Shown here piece by piece: positions 28,577 through 43,900 of a stretch of DNA of 64,000 bases. Position 1 is the first letter of the stretch, and each line of letters starts with the position of its first letter. The stretch comes from Auanema rhodensis (Eukaryota; Animalia; Nematoda), in contig CAXKVF010000082.1 of assembly GCA_964057225.1 (NCBI GenBank), forward strand, positions 248,001 through 312,000, in the 5' to 3' direction. Position numbers and translations under genes: made by a program. Under the pieces are notes generated by a model. It saw nothing but the letters and a program-made list of their open reading frames with translations, did not search any database and had not been told where the DNA came from.

Positions 28577-28747
28577 TAATATGGACATGGGGAATCTAAT
28601 TTTGAAAACCGCATCTCTTTATCTTTCACGTGAAGCGAGTTACATACCAAGTGCACATCACGTGTACATTTAATTAGCATAAAGTTCACGTAAATTTCAA
28701 AGTCATGGTTACCATGAACCAATATCAATAAAAATTTGTTTTTAGAC
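28577..28747. repeat. 171-bp monomer with a 5-bp deletion
   Basis: GCATAAATTAAAGTT becomes GCATAAAGTT at about 28678-28686, and the phase shifts by 5 bp. Confidence 0.95.
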
Positions 28748-31700
28748 TAATATGGACATGGGGAATCTAATTTTGAAAACCGCATCTCTTTATCTTTCAC
28801 GTGAAGCGAGTTACATACCAAGTGCACATCACGTGTACATTTAATTAGCATAAATTAAAGTTCACGTAAATTTCAAAGTCATGGTTACCATGAACCAATA
28901 TCAATAAAAATTTGTTTTTAGACTAATATGGACATGGGGAATCTAATTTCAAAAACCGCATCTCTTTATCTTTCACGTGAAGCGAGTTACATACCAAGTG
29001 CACATCACGTGTACATTTAATTAGCATAAATTAAAGTTCACGTAAATTTCAAAGTCATGGTTACCATGCACCAATATCAATAAAAATTTGTTTTTAGACT
29101 AATATGGACATGGGGAATCTAATTTTGAAAACCGCATCTCTTTATCTTTCACGTGAAGCGAGTTACATACCGAGGGCACATCACGTGTACATTTAATTAG
29201 CATAAATTAAAGTTCACGTAAATTTCAAAGTCATGGTTACCATGAACCAATATCAATAAAAATTTGTTTTTAGACTAATATGGACATGGGGAATCTAATT
29301 TTGAAAACCGCATCTCTTTATCTTTCACGTGAAGCGAGTTACATACCAAGTGCACAACACGTGTACATTTAATTAGCATAAATTAAAGTTCACGTAAATT
29401 TCAAAGTCATGGTTACCATGAACCAATATCAATAAAAATTTGTTTTTAGACTAATATGGACATGGGGAATCTAATTTTGAAAACCGCATCTCTTTATCTT
29501 TCACGTGAAGCGAGTTACATACCAGGTGCACATCACGTGTACATTTAATTAGCATAAATTAAAGTTCACGTAAATTTCAAAGTCATGGTTACCATGAACC
29601 AATATCAATAAAAATTTGTTTTTAGACTAATATGGACATGGGGAATCTAATTTTGAAAACCGCATCTCTTTATCTTTCACGTGAAGCGAGTTACATACCA
29701 AGTGCACATCACGTGTACATTTAATTAGCATAAATTAAAGTTCACGTAAATTTCAAAGTCATGGTTACCATGCACCAATATCAATAAAAATTTGTTTTTA
29801 GACTAATATGGACATGGGGAATCTAATTTTGAAAACCGCATCTCTTTATCTTTCACGTGAAGCGAGTTACATACCAAGTGCACATCACGTGTACATTTAA
29901 TTAGCATAAATTAAAGTTCACGTAAATTTCAAAGTCATGGTTACCATGAACCAATATCAATAAAAATTTGTTTTTAGACTAATATGGACATGGGGAATCT
30001 AATTTTGAAAACCGCATCTCTTTATCTTTCACGTGAAGCGAGTTACATACCAAGTGCACATCACGTGTACATTTAATTAGCATAAATTAAAGTTCACGTA
30101 AATTTCAAAGTCATGGTTACCATGAACCAATATCAATAAAAATTTGTTTTTAGACTAATATTGACATGGGGAATCTAATTTTGAAAACCGCATCTCTTTA
30201 TCTTTCACGTGAAGCGAGTTACATACCAAGTGCACATCACGTGTACATTTAATTAGCATAAATTAAAGTTCACGTAAATTTCAAAGTCATGGTTACCATG
30301 AACCTATATCAATAAAAATTTGTTTTTAGACTAATATGGACATGGGGAATCTAATTTTGAAAACCGCATCTCTTTATCTTTCACGTGAAGCGAGTTACAT
30401 ACCAAGTGCACATCACGTGTACATTTAATTAGCATAAATTAAAGTTCACGTAAATTTCAAAGTCATGGTTACCATGAAGCAATATCAATAAAAATTTGTT
30501 TTTAGACTAATATGGACATGTGGAATCTAATTTTGAAAACCGCATCTCTTTATCTTTCACGTGAAGCGAGTTACATACCAAGTGCACATCACGTGTACAT
30601 TTAATTAGCATAAATTAAAGTTCACGTAAATTTCAAAGTCATGGTTACCATGAAGCAATATCAATAAAAATTTGTTTTTAGACTAATATGGACATGGGGA
30701 ATCTAATTTTGAAAACCGCATCTCTTTATCTTTCACGTGAAGCGAGTTACATACCAAGTGCACATCACGTGTACATTTAATTAGCATAAATTAAAGTTCA
30801 CGTAAATTTCAAAGTCATGGTTACCATGAAGCAATATCAATAAAAATTTGTTTTTAGACTAATATGGACATGGGGAATCTAATTTTGAAAACCGCATCTC
30901 TTTATCTTTCACGTGAAGCGAGTTACATACCAAGTGCACATCACGTGTACATTTAATTAGCATAAATTAAAGTTCACGTAAATTTCAAAGTCATGGTTAC
31001 CATGAACCAATATCAATAAAAATTTGTTTTTAGACTAATATGGACATGGGGAATCTAATTTTGAAAACCGCATCTCTTTATCTTTCACGTGAAGCGAGTT
31101 ACATACCAAGTGCACATCACGTGTACATTTAATTAGCATAAATTAAAGTTCACGTAAATTTCAAAGTCATGGTTACCATGAACCAATATCAATAAAAATT
31201 TGTTTTTAGACTAATATGGACATGGGGAATCTAATTTCAAAAACCGCATCTCTTTATCTTTCACGTGAAGCGAGTTACATACCAAGTGCACATCACGTGT
31301 ACATTTAATTAGCATAAATTAAAGTTCACGTAAATTTCAAAGTCATGGTTACCATGCACCAATATCAATAAAAATTTGTTTTTAGACTAATATGGACATG
31401 GGGAATCTAATTTTGAAAACCGCATCTCTTTATCTTTCACGTGAAGCGAGTTACATACCGAGTGCACATCACGTGTACATTTAATTAGCATAAATTAAAG
31501 TTCACGTAAATTTCGAAGTCATGGTTACCATGCACCAATATCAATAAAAATTTGTTTTTAGACTAATATGGACATGGGGAATCTAATTTTGAAAACCGCA
31601 TCTCTTTATCTTTCACGTGAAGCGAGTTACATACCAAGTGCACATCACGTGTACATTTAATTAGCATAAATTAAAGTTCACGTAAATTTCAAAGTCATGG

Positions 31701-33675
31701 TTACCATGAACCAATATCAATAAAAATTTGTTTTTAGACTAATATGGACATGGGGAATCTAATTTTGAAAACCGCATCTCTTTATCTTTCACGTGAAGCG
31801 AGTTACATACCAGGTGCACATCACGTGTACATTTAATTAGCATAAATTAAAGTTCACGTAAATTTCAAAGTCATGGTTACCATGAACCAATATCAATAAA
31901 AATTTGTTTTTAGACTAATATGGACATGGAGAATCTAATTTTGAAAACCGCATCTCTTTATCTTTCACGTGAAGCGAGTTACATACCAAGTGCACATCAC
32001 GTGTACATTTAATTAGCATAAATTAAAGTTCACGTAAACTTCAAAGTCATGGTTACCATGCACCAATATCAATAAAAATTTGTTTTTAGACTAATATGGA
32101 CATGGGGAATCTAATTTTGAAAACCGCATCTCTTTATCTTTCACGTGAAGCGAGTTACATACCAAGTGCACATCACGTGTACATTTAATTAGCATAAATT
32201 AAAGTTCACGTAAATTTCAAAGTCATGGTTACCATGAACCAATATCAATAAAAATTTGTTTTTAGACTAATATGGACATGGGGAATCTAATTTTGAAAAC
32301 CGCATCTCTTTATCTTTCACGTGAAGCGAGTTACATACCAAGTGCACATCACGTGTACATTTAATTAGCATAAATTAAAGTTCACGTAAATTTCAAAGTC
32401 ATGGTTACCATGCACCAATATCAATAAAAATTTGTTTTTAGACTAATATGGACATGGGGAATCTAATTTTGAAAACCGCATCTCTTTATCTTTCACGTGA
32501 AGCGAGTTACATACCAAGTGCACATCACGTGTACATTTAATTAGCATAAATTAAAGTTCACGTAAATTTCAAAGTCATGGTTACCATGAACCAATATCAA
32601 TAAAAATTTGTTTTTAGATTAATATGGACATGGGGAATCTAATTTTGAAAACCGCATCTCTTTATCTTTCACGTGAAGCGAGTTACATACCAAGTGCACA
32701 TCACGTGTACATTTAATTAGCATAAATTAAAGTTCACGTAAATTTCAAAGTCATGGTTACCATGCACCAATATCAATAAAAATTTGTTTTTAGACTAATA
32801 TGGACATGGGGAATTTAATTTTGAAAACCGCATCTCTTTATCTTTCACGTGAAGCGAGTTACATACCAAGTGCACATCACGTGTACATTTAATTAGCATA
32901 AATTAAAGTTCACGTAAATTTCAAAGTCATGGTTACCATGAAGCAATATCAATAAAAATTTGTTTTTAGACTAATATGGACATGGGGAATCTAATTTTGA
33001 AAACCGCATCTCTTTATCTTTCACGTGAAGCGAGTTACATACCAAGTGCACATCACGTGTACATTTAATTAGCATGAATTAAAGTTCACGTAAATTTCAA
33101 AGTCATGGTTACCATGCACCAATATCAATAAAAATTTGTTTTTAGACTAATATGGACATGGGGAATCTAATTTTGAAAACCGCATCTCTTTATCTTTCAC
33201 GTGAAGCGAGTTACATACCAAGTGCACATCACGTGTACATTTAATTAGCATAAATTAAAGTTCACGTAAATTTCAAAGTCATGGTTACCATGCACCAATA
33301 TCAATAAAAATTTGTTTTTAGACTAATATGGACATGGGGAATCTAATTTTGAAAACCGCATCTCTTTATCTTTCACGTGAAGCGAGTTACATACCAAGTG
33401 CACATCACGTGTACATTTAATTAGCATAAATTAAAGTTCACGTAAATTTCAAAGTCATGGTTACCATGAACCTATATCAATAAAAATTTGTTTTTAGACT
33501 AATATGGACATGGGGAATCTAATTTTGAAAACCGCAGCTCTTTATCTTTCACGTGAAGCGAGTTACATACCAAGTGCACATCACGTGTACATTTAATTAG
33601 CATAAATTAAAGTTCACGTAAATTTCAAAGTCATGGTTACCATGAAGCAATATCAATAAAAATTTGTTTTTAGAC

Positions 33676-33739
33676 TAATATGGACATGGGGAATCTAATT
33701 TTCTAATGAAGCAATATCAATAAAAATTTGTTTTTAGAC
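33676..33739. repeat. Second copy of the 64-bp deleted monomer
   Basis: The junction TAATTTTCTAATGAAGC is identical to that at 15489-15552. Confidence 0.95.
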
Positions 33740-35675
33740 TAATATGGACATGGGGAATCTAATTTTGAAAACCGCATCTCTTTATCTTTCACGTGAAGCG
33801 AGTTACATACCAAGTGCACATCACGTGTACATTTAATTAGCATGAATTAAAGTTCACGTAAATTTCAAAGTCATGGTTACCATGCACCAATATCAATAAA
33901 AATTTGTTTTTAGACTAATATGGACATGGGGAATCTAATTTTGAAAACCGCATCTCTTTATCTTTCACGTGAAGCGAGTTACATACCAAGTGCACATCAC
34001 GTGTACATTTAATTAGCATAAATTAGTGTTCACGTAAATTTCAAAGTCATGGTTACCATGAACCAATATCAATAAAAATTTGTTGTTAGACTAATATGGA
34101 CATGGGGAATCTAATTTTGAAAACCGCATCTCTTTATCTTTCACGTGAAGCGAGTTACATACCAAGTGCACATCACGTGTACATTTAATTAGCATAAATT
34201 AAAGTTCACGTAAATTTCAAAGTCATGGTTACCATGCACCAATATCAATAAAAATTTGTTTTTAGACTAATATGGACATGGGGAATCTAATTTTGAAAAC
34301 CGCATTTCTTTATCTTCCACGTGAAGCGAGTTACATACCAAGTGCCCATCACGTGTACATTTAATTAGCATAAATTAAAGTTCACGTAAAATTCAAAGTC
34401 ATGGTTACCATGCACCAATATCAATAAAAATTTGTTTTTAGACTAATATGGACATGGAGAATCTAATTTTGAAAACCGCATCTCTTTATCTTTCACGTGA
34501 AGCGAGTTACATACCAAGTGCACATCACGTGTACATTTAATTAGCATAAATTAAAGTTCACGTAAATTTCAAAGTCATGGTTACCATGAACCAATATCAA
34601 TAAAAATTTGTTTTTAGACTAATATGGACATGGGGAATCTAATTTTGGAAACCGCATCTCTTTATCTTTCACGTGAAGCGAGTTACATACCAAGTGCACA
34701 TCACGTGTACATTTAATTAGCATAAATTAAAGTTCACGTAAATTTCAAAGTCATGGTTACCATGAACCAATATCAATAAAAATTTGTTTTTAGACTAATA
34801 TGGACATGGGGAATCTAATTTTGAAAACCGCATCTCTTTATCTTTCACGTGAAGCGAGTTACATACCAAGAGCACATCACGTGTACATTTAATTAGCATA
34901 AATTAAAGTTCACGTAAATTTCAAAGTCATGGTTACCATGAACCAATATCAATAAAAATTTGTTTTTAGACTAATATGGACATGGGGAATCTAATTTTGA
35001 AAACCGCATCTCTTTATCTTTCACGTGAAGCGAGTTACATACCAAGTGCACATCACGTGTACATTTAATTAGCATAAATTAAAGTTCACGTAAATTTCAA
35101 AGTCATGGTTACCATGAAGCAATATCAATAAAAATTTGTTTTTAGACTAATATGGACATGGGGAATCTAATTTTGAAAACCGCATCTCTTTATCTTTCAC
35201 GTGAAGCGAGTTACATACCAAGTGCACATCACGTGTACATTTAATTAGCATAAATTAAAGTTCACGTAAATTTCAAAGTCATGGTTACCATGAAGCAATA
35301 TCAATAAAAATTTGTTTTTAGACTAATATGGACATGGGGAATCTAATTTTGAAAACCGCATCTCTTTATCTTTCACGTGAAGCGAGTTACATACCAAGTG
35401 CACATCACGTGTACATTTAATTAGCATAAATTAAAGTTCACGTAAATTTCAAAGTCATGGTTACCATGAACCAATATCAATAAAAATTTGTTTTTAGACT
35501 AATATGGACATGGGGAATCTAATTTTGAAAACCGCATCTCTTTATCTTTCACGTGAAGCGAGTTACATACCAAGTGCACATCACGTGTACATTTAATTAG
35601 CATAAATTAAAGTTCACGTAAATTTCAAAGTCATGGTTACCATGAACCAATATCAATAAAAATTTGTTTTTAGAC

Positions 35676-37963
35676 TAATATGGACATGGGGAATCTAATT
35701 TTAAAAACCGCATCTCTTTATCTTTCACGTGAAGCGAGTTACATACCAAGTGCACATCACGTGTACATTTAATTAGCATAAATTAAAGTTCACGTAAATT
35801 TCAAAGTCATGGTTACCATGCACCAATATCAATAAAAATTTGTTTTTAGACTAATATGGACATGGGGAATCTAATTTTGAAAACCGCATCTCTTTATCTT
35901 TCACGTGAAGCGAGTTACATACCGAGTGCACATCACGTGTACATTTAATTAGCATAAATTAAAGTTCACGTAAATTTCAAAGTCATGGTTACCATGAACC
36001 AATATCAATAAAAATTTGTTTTTAGACTAATATGGACATGGGGAATCTAATTTTGAAAACCGCATCTCTTTATCTTTCACGTGAAGCGAGTTACATACCG
36101 AGTACACATCACGTGTACATTTAATTAGCATAAATTAAAGTTCACGTAAATTTCAAAGTCATGGTTACCATGAACCAATATCAATAAAAATTTGTTTTTA
36201 GACTAATATGGACATGGGGAATCTAATTTTGAAAACCGCATTTCTTTATCTTTCACGTGAAGCGAGTTACATACCAAGTGCACATCACGTGTACATTTAA
36301 TTAGCATAAATTAAAGTTCACGTAAATTTCAAAGTCATGGTTACCATGCACCAATATCAATAAAAATTTGTTTTTAGACTAATATGGACATGGGGAATCT
36401 AATTTTGAAAACCGCATCTCTTTATCTTTCACGTGAAGCGAGTTACATACCAAGTGCACATCACGTGTACATTTAATTAGCATAAATTAAAGTTCACGTA
36501 AATTTCAAAGTCATGGTTACCATGAACCAATATCAATAAAAATTTGTTTTTAGACTAATATGGACATGGGGAATCTAATTTTGAAAACCGCATCTCTTTA
36601 TCTTTCACGTGAAGCGAGTTACATACCAAGTGCACATCACGTGTACATTTAATTAGCATAAATTAAAGTTCACGTAAATTTCAAAGTCATGGTTACCATG
36701 AACCAATATCAATAAAAATTTGTTTTTAGACTAATATGGACATGGGGAATCTAATTTTGAAAACCGCATCTCTTTATCTTTCACGTGAAGCGAGTTACAT
36801 ACCGAGTGCACATCACGTGTACATTTAATTAGCATAAATTAAAGTTCACGTAAATTTCAAAGTCATGGTTACCATGAAGCAATATCAATAAAAATTTGTT
36901 TTTAGACTAATATGGACATGGGGAATCTAATTTTGAAAACCGCATCTCTTTATCTTTCACGTGAAGCGAGTTACATACCAAGTGCACATCACGTGTACAT
37001 TTAATTAGCATAAATTAAAGTTCACGTAAATTTCAAAGTCATGGTTACCATGAACCAATATCAATAAAAATTTGTTTTTAGACTAATATGGACATGGGGA
37101 ATCTAATTTTAAAAACCGCATCTCTTTATCTTTCACGTGAAGCGAGTTACATACCAAGTGCACATCACGTGTACATTTAATTAGCATAAATTAAAGTTCA
37201 CGTAAATTTCAAAGTCATGGTTACCATGCACCAATATCAATAAAAATTTGTTTTTAGACTAATATGGACATGGGGAATCTAATTTTGAAAACCGCATCTC
37301 TTTATCTTTCACGTGAAGCGAGTTACATACCGAGTGCACATCACGTGTACATTTAATTAGCATAAATTAAAGTTCACGTAAATTTCAAAGTCATGGTTAC
37401 CATGAACCAATATCAATAAAAATTTGTTTTTAGACTAATATGGACATGGGGAATCTAATTTTGAAAACCGCATCTCTTTATCTTTCACGTGAAGCGAGTT
37501 ACATACCGAGTGCACATCACGTGTACATTTAATTAGCATAAATTAAAGTTCACGTAAATTTCAAAGTCATGGTTACCATGAACCAATATCAATAAAAATT
37601 TGTTTTTAGACTAATATGGACATGGGGAATCTAATTTTGAAAACCGCATTTCTTTATCTTTCACGTGAAGCGAGTTACATACCAAGTGCACATCACGTGT
37701 ACATTTAATTAGCATAAATTAAAGTTCACGTAAATTTCAAAGTCATGGTTACCATGCACCAATATCAATAAAAATTTGTTTTTAGACTAATATGGACATG
37801 GGGAATCTAATTTTGAAAACCGCATCTCTTTATCTTTCACGTGAAGCGAGTTACATACCAAGTGCACATCACGTGTACATTTAATTAGCATAAATTAAAG
37901 TTCACGTAAATTTCAAAGTCATGGTTACCATGAACCAATATCAATAAAAATTTGTTTTTAGAC
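35676..37963. repeat. 8-monomer (1408 bp) spaced higher-order duplication
   Basis: The series TTTTAAAA/GCACC, CCGAG, CCGAG, CATTTC/GCACC starts at 35676 and again at 37084. Confidence 0.75.
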
Positions 37964-40900
37964 TAATATGGACATGGGGAATCTAATTTTGAAAACCGCA
38001 TCTGTTTATCTTTCACGTGAAGCGAGTTACATACCGAGTGCACATCACGTGTACATTTAATTAGCATAAATTAAAGTTCACGTAAATTTCAAAGTCATGG
38101 TTACCATGAACCAATATCAATAAAAATTTGTTTTTAGACTAATATGGACATGGGGAATCTAATTTTGAAAACCGCATTTCTTTATCTTTCACGTGAAGCG
38201 AGTTACATACCAAGTGCACATCACGTGTACATTTAATTAGCATAAATTAAAGTTCACGTAAATTTCAAAGTCATGGTTACCATGCACCAATATCAATAAA
38301 AATTTGTTTTTAGACTAATATGGACATGGGGAATCTAATTTTGAAAACCGCATCTCTTTATCTTTCACGTGAAGCGAGTTACATACCAAGTGCACATCAC
38401 GTGTACATTTAATTAGCATAAATTAAAGTTCACGTAAATTTCAAAGTCATGGTTACCATGAACCAATATCAATAAAAATTTGTTTTTAGACTAATATGGA
38501 CATGGGGAATCTAATTTTGAAAACCGCATCTCTTTATCTTTCACGTGAAGCGAGTTACATACCAAGTGCACATCACGTGTACATTTAATTAGCATAAATT
38601 AAAGTTCACGTAAATTTCAAAGTCATGGTTACCATGAACCAATATCACTAAAAATTTGTTTTTAGACTAATATGGACATGGGGAATCTAATTTTGAAAAC
38701 CGCATCTCTTTATCTTTCACGTGAAGCGAGTTACATACCAAGTGCACATCACGTGTACATTTAATTAGCATAAATTAAAGTTCACGTAAACTTCAAAGTC
38801 ATGGTTACCATGAAGCAATATCAATAAAAATTTGTTTTTAGACTAATATGGACATGGGGAATCTAATTTTGAAAACCGCATCTCTTTATCTTTCACGTGA
38901 AGCGAGTTACATACCAAGTGCACATCACGTGTACATTTAATTAGCATAAATTAAAGTTCACGTAAATTTCAAAGTCATGGTTACCATGAACCAATATCAA
39001 TAAAAATTTGTTTTTAGACTAATATGGACATGGGGAATCTAATTTTGAAAACCGCATCTCTTTATCTTTCACGTGAAGCGAGTTACATACCAAGTGCACA
39101 TCACGTGTACATTTAATTAGCATAAATTAAAGTTCACGTAAATTTCAAAGTCATGGTTACCATGCACCAATATCAATAAAAATTTGTTTTTAGACTAATA
39201 TGGACATGGGGAATCTAATTTTGAAAACCGCATCTCTTTATCTTTCACGTGAAGCGAGTTACATACCAAGTGCACATCACGTGTACATTTAATTAGCATA
39301 AATTAAAGTTCACGTAAATTTCAAAGTCATGGTTACCATGAACCAATATCAATAAAAATTTGTTTTTAGACTAATATGGACATGGGGAATCTAATTTTGA
39401 AAACCGCATCTCTTTATCTTTCACGTGAAGCGAGTTACATACCAAGTGCACATCACGTGTACATTTAATTAGCATAAATTAAAGTTCACGTAAATTTCAA
39501 AGTCATGGTTACCATGAACCAATATCAATAAAAATTTGTTTTTAGACTAATATGGACATGGGGAATCTAATTTTGAAAACCGCATCTCTTTATCTTTCAC
39601 GTGAAGCGAGTTACATACCAAGTGCACATCACGTGTACATTTAATTAGCATAAATTAAAGTTCACGTAAATTTCAAAGTCATGGTTACCATGAAGCAATA
39701 TCAATAAAAATTTGTTTTTAGACTAATATGGACATGGGGAATCTAATTTTGAAAACCGCATCTCTTTATCTTTCACGTGAAGCGAGTTACATACCAAGTG
39801 CACATCACGTGTACATTTAATTAGCATGAATTAAAGTTCACGTAAATTTCAAAGTCATGGTTACCATGCACCAATATCAATAAAAATTTGTTTTTAGACT
39901 AATATGGACATGGGGAATCTAATTTTGAAAACCGCATCTCTTTATCTTTCACTTGAAGCGAGTTACATACCAAGTGCACATCACGTGTACATTTAATTAG
40001 CATAAATTAAAGTTCACGTAAATTTCAAAGTCATGGTTACCATGAACCAATATCAATAAAAATTTGTTTTTAGACTAATATGGACATGGGGAATCTAATT
40101 TTGAAAACCGCATCTCTTTATCTTTCACGTGAAGCGAGTTACATACCAAGTGCACATCACGTGTACATTTAATTAGCATAAATTAAAGTTCACGTAAATT
40201 TCAAAGTCATGGTTACCATGAAGCAATATCAATAAAAATTTGTTTTTAGACTAATATGGACATGGGGAATCTAATTTTGAAAACCGCATCTCTTTATCTT
40301 TCACGTGAAGCGAGTTACATACCAAGTGCACATCACGTGTACATTTAATTAGCATAAATTAAAGTTCACGTAAATTTCAAAGTCATGGTTACCATGAACC
40401 AATATCAATAAAAATTTGTTTTTAGACTAATATGGACATGGGGAATCTAATTTTGAAAACCGCATCTCTTTATCTTTCACGTGAAGCGAGTTACATACCA
40501 AGTGCACATCACGTGTACATTTAATTAGCATAAATTAAAGTTCACGTAAATTTCAAAGTCATGGTTACCATGCACCAATATCAATAAAAATTTGTTTTTA
40601 GACTAATATGGACATGGGGAATCTAATTTTGAAAACCGCATCTCTTTATCTTTCACGTGAAGCGAGTTACATACCAAGTGCACATCACGTGTACATTTAA
40701 TTAGCATAAATTAAAGTTCACGTAAATTTCAAAGTCATGGTTACCATGAACCAATATCAATAAAAATTTGTTTTTAGACTAATATGGACATGGGGAATCT
40801 AATTTTGAAAACCGCATCTCTTTATCTTTCACGTGAAGCGAGTTACATACCAAGTGCACATCACGTGTACATTTAATTAGCATAAATTAAAGTTCACGTA

Positions 40901-43900
40901 AATTTCAAAGTCATGGTTACCATGCACCAATATCAATAAAAATTTGTTTTTAGACTAATATGGACATGGGGAATCTAATTTTGAAAACCGCATCTCTTTA
41001 TCTTTCACGTGAAGCGAGTTACATACCAAGTGCACATCACGTGTACATTTAATTAGCATAAATTAAAGTTCACGTAAATTTCAAAGTCATGGTTACCATG
41101 AACCAATATCAATAAAAATTTGTTTTTAGACTAATATGGACATGGGGAATCTAATTTTGAAAACCGCATTTCTTTATCTTTCACGTGAAGCGAGTTACAT
41201 ACCAAGTGCACATCACGTGTACATTTAATTAGCATAAATTAAAGTTCACGTAAATTTCAAAGTCATGGTTACCATGCACCAATATCAATAAAAATTTGTT
41301 TTTAGACTAATATGGACATGGGGAATCTAATTTTGAAAACCGCATCTCTTTATCTTTCACGTGAAGCGAGTTACATACCAAGTGCACATCACGTGTACAT
41401 TTAATTAGCATAAATTAAAGTTCACGTAAATTTCAAAGTCATGGTTACCATGAACCAATATCAATAAAAATTTGTTTTTAGACTAATATGGACATGGGGA
41501 ATCTAATTTTGAAAACCGCATTTCTTTATCTTTCACGTGAAGCGAGTTACATACCAAGTGCACATCACGTGTACATTTAATTAGCATAAATTAAAGTTCA
41601 CGTAAATTTCAAAGTCATGGTTACCATGCACCAATATCAATAAAAATTTGTTTTTAGACTAATATGGACATGGGGAATCTAATTTTGAAAACCGCATCTC
41701 TTTATCTTTCACGTGAAGCGAGTTACATACCAAGTGCACATCACGTGTACATTTAATTAGCATAAATTAAAGTTCACGTAAATTTCAAAGTCATGGTTAC
41801 CATGAACCAATATCAATAAAAATTTGTTTTTAGACTAATATGGACATGGGGAATCTAATTTTGAAAACCGCATCTCTTTATCTTTCACGTGAAGCGAGTT
41901 ACATACCAGGTGCACATCACGTGTACATTTAATTAGCATAAATTAAAGTTCACGTAAATTTCAAAGTCATGGTTACCATGAACCAATATCAATAAAAATT
42001 TGTTTTTAGACTAATATGGACATGGGGAATCTAATTTTGAAGACCGCATCTCTTTATCTTTCACGTGAAGCGAGTTACATACCAAGTGCACATCACGTGT
42101 ACATTTAATTAGCATAAATTAAAGTTCACGTAAACTTCAAAGTCATGGTTACCATGCACCAATATCAATAAAAATTTGTTTTTAGACTAATATGGACATG
42201 GGGAATCTAATTTTGAAAACCGCATCTCTTTATCTTTCACGTGAAGCGAGTTACATACCAAGTGCACATCACGTGTACATTTAATTAGCATAAATTAAAG
42301 TTCACGTAAATTTCAAAGTCATGGTTACCATGAACCAATATCAATAAAAATTTGTTTTTAGACTAATATGGACATGGGGAATCTAATTTTGAAAACCGCA
42401 TCTCTTTATCTTTCACGTGAAGCGAGTTACATACCAAGTGCACATCACGTGTACATTTAATTAGCATAAATTAAAGTTCACGTAAATTTTAAAGTCATGG
42501 TTACCATGCACCAATATCAATAAAAATTTGTTTTTAGACTAATATGGACATGGGGAATCTAATTTTGAAAACCGCATCTCTTTATCTTTCACGTGAAGCG
42601 AGTTACATACCAAGTGCACATCACGTGTACATTTAATTAGCATAAATTAAAGTTCACGTAAATTTCAAAGTCATGGTTACCATGAACCAATATCAATAAA
42701 AATTTGTTTTTAGACTAATATGGACATGGGGAATCTAATTTTGAAAACCGCATCTCTTTATCTTTCACGTGAAGCGAGTTACATACCAAGTGCACATCAC
42801 GTGTACATTTAATTAGCATAAATTAAAGTTCACGTAAATTTCAAAGTCATGGTTACCATGCACCAATATCAATAAAAATTTGTTTTTAGACTAATATGGA
42901 CATGGGGAATCTAATTTTGAAAACCGCATCTCTTTATCTTTCACGTGAAGCGAGTTACATACCGAGTGCACATCACGTGTACATTTAAGTAGCATAAATT
43001 AGTGTTCACGTAAATTTCAAAGTCATGGTTACCATGAACCAATATCAATAAAAATTTGTTTTTAGACTAATATGGACATGGGGAATCTAATTTTGAAAAC
43101 CGCATCTCTTTATCTTTCACGTGAAGCGAGTTACATACCAAGTGCACATCACGTGTACATTTAATTAGCATAAATTAAAGTTCACGTAAATTTCAAAGTC
43201 ATGGTTACCATGAAGCAATATCAATAAAAATTTGTTTTTAGACTAATATGGACATGGGGAATCTAATTTTGAAAACCGCATTTCTTTATTTTTCACGTGA
43301 AGCGAGTTACATACCAAGTGCACATCACGTGTACATTTAATTAGCATAAATTAAAGTTCACGTAAATTTCAAAGTCATGGTTACCATGCACCAATATCAA
43401 TAAAAATTTGTTTTTAGACTAATATGGACATGGGGAATCTAATTTTGAAAACCGCATCTCTTTATCTTTCACGTGAAGCGAGTTACATACCAAGTGCACA
43501 TCACGTGTACATTTAATTAGCATAAATTAAAGTTCACGTAAATTTCAAAGTCATGGTTACCATGCACCAATATCAATAAAAATTTGTTTTTAGACTAATA
43601 TGGACATGGGGAATCTAATTTTGAAAACCGCATCTCTTTATCTTTCACGTGAAGCGAGTTACATACCAAGTGCACATCACGTGTACATTTAATTAGCATA
43701 AATTAAAGTTCACGTAAATTTCAAAGTCATGGTTACCATGAAGCAATATCAATAAAAATTTGTTTTTAGACTAATATGGACATGGGGAATCTAATTTTGA
43801 AAACCGCATCTCTTTATCTTTCACGTGAAGCGAGTTACATACCAAGTGCACATCACGTGTACATTTAATTAGCATAAATTAAAGTTCACGTAAAATTCAA

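Noticed and set aside
36102-36118. GTACAC-ATCAC-GTGTAC perfected dyad from a single G->A
   Set aside because: It is a singleton SNV and cannot be distinguished from a random transition or sequencing error.
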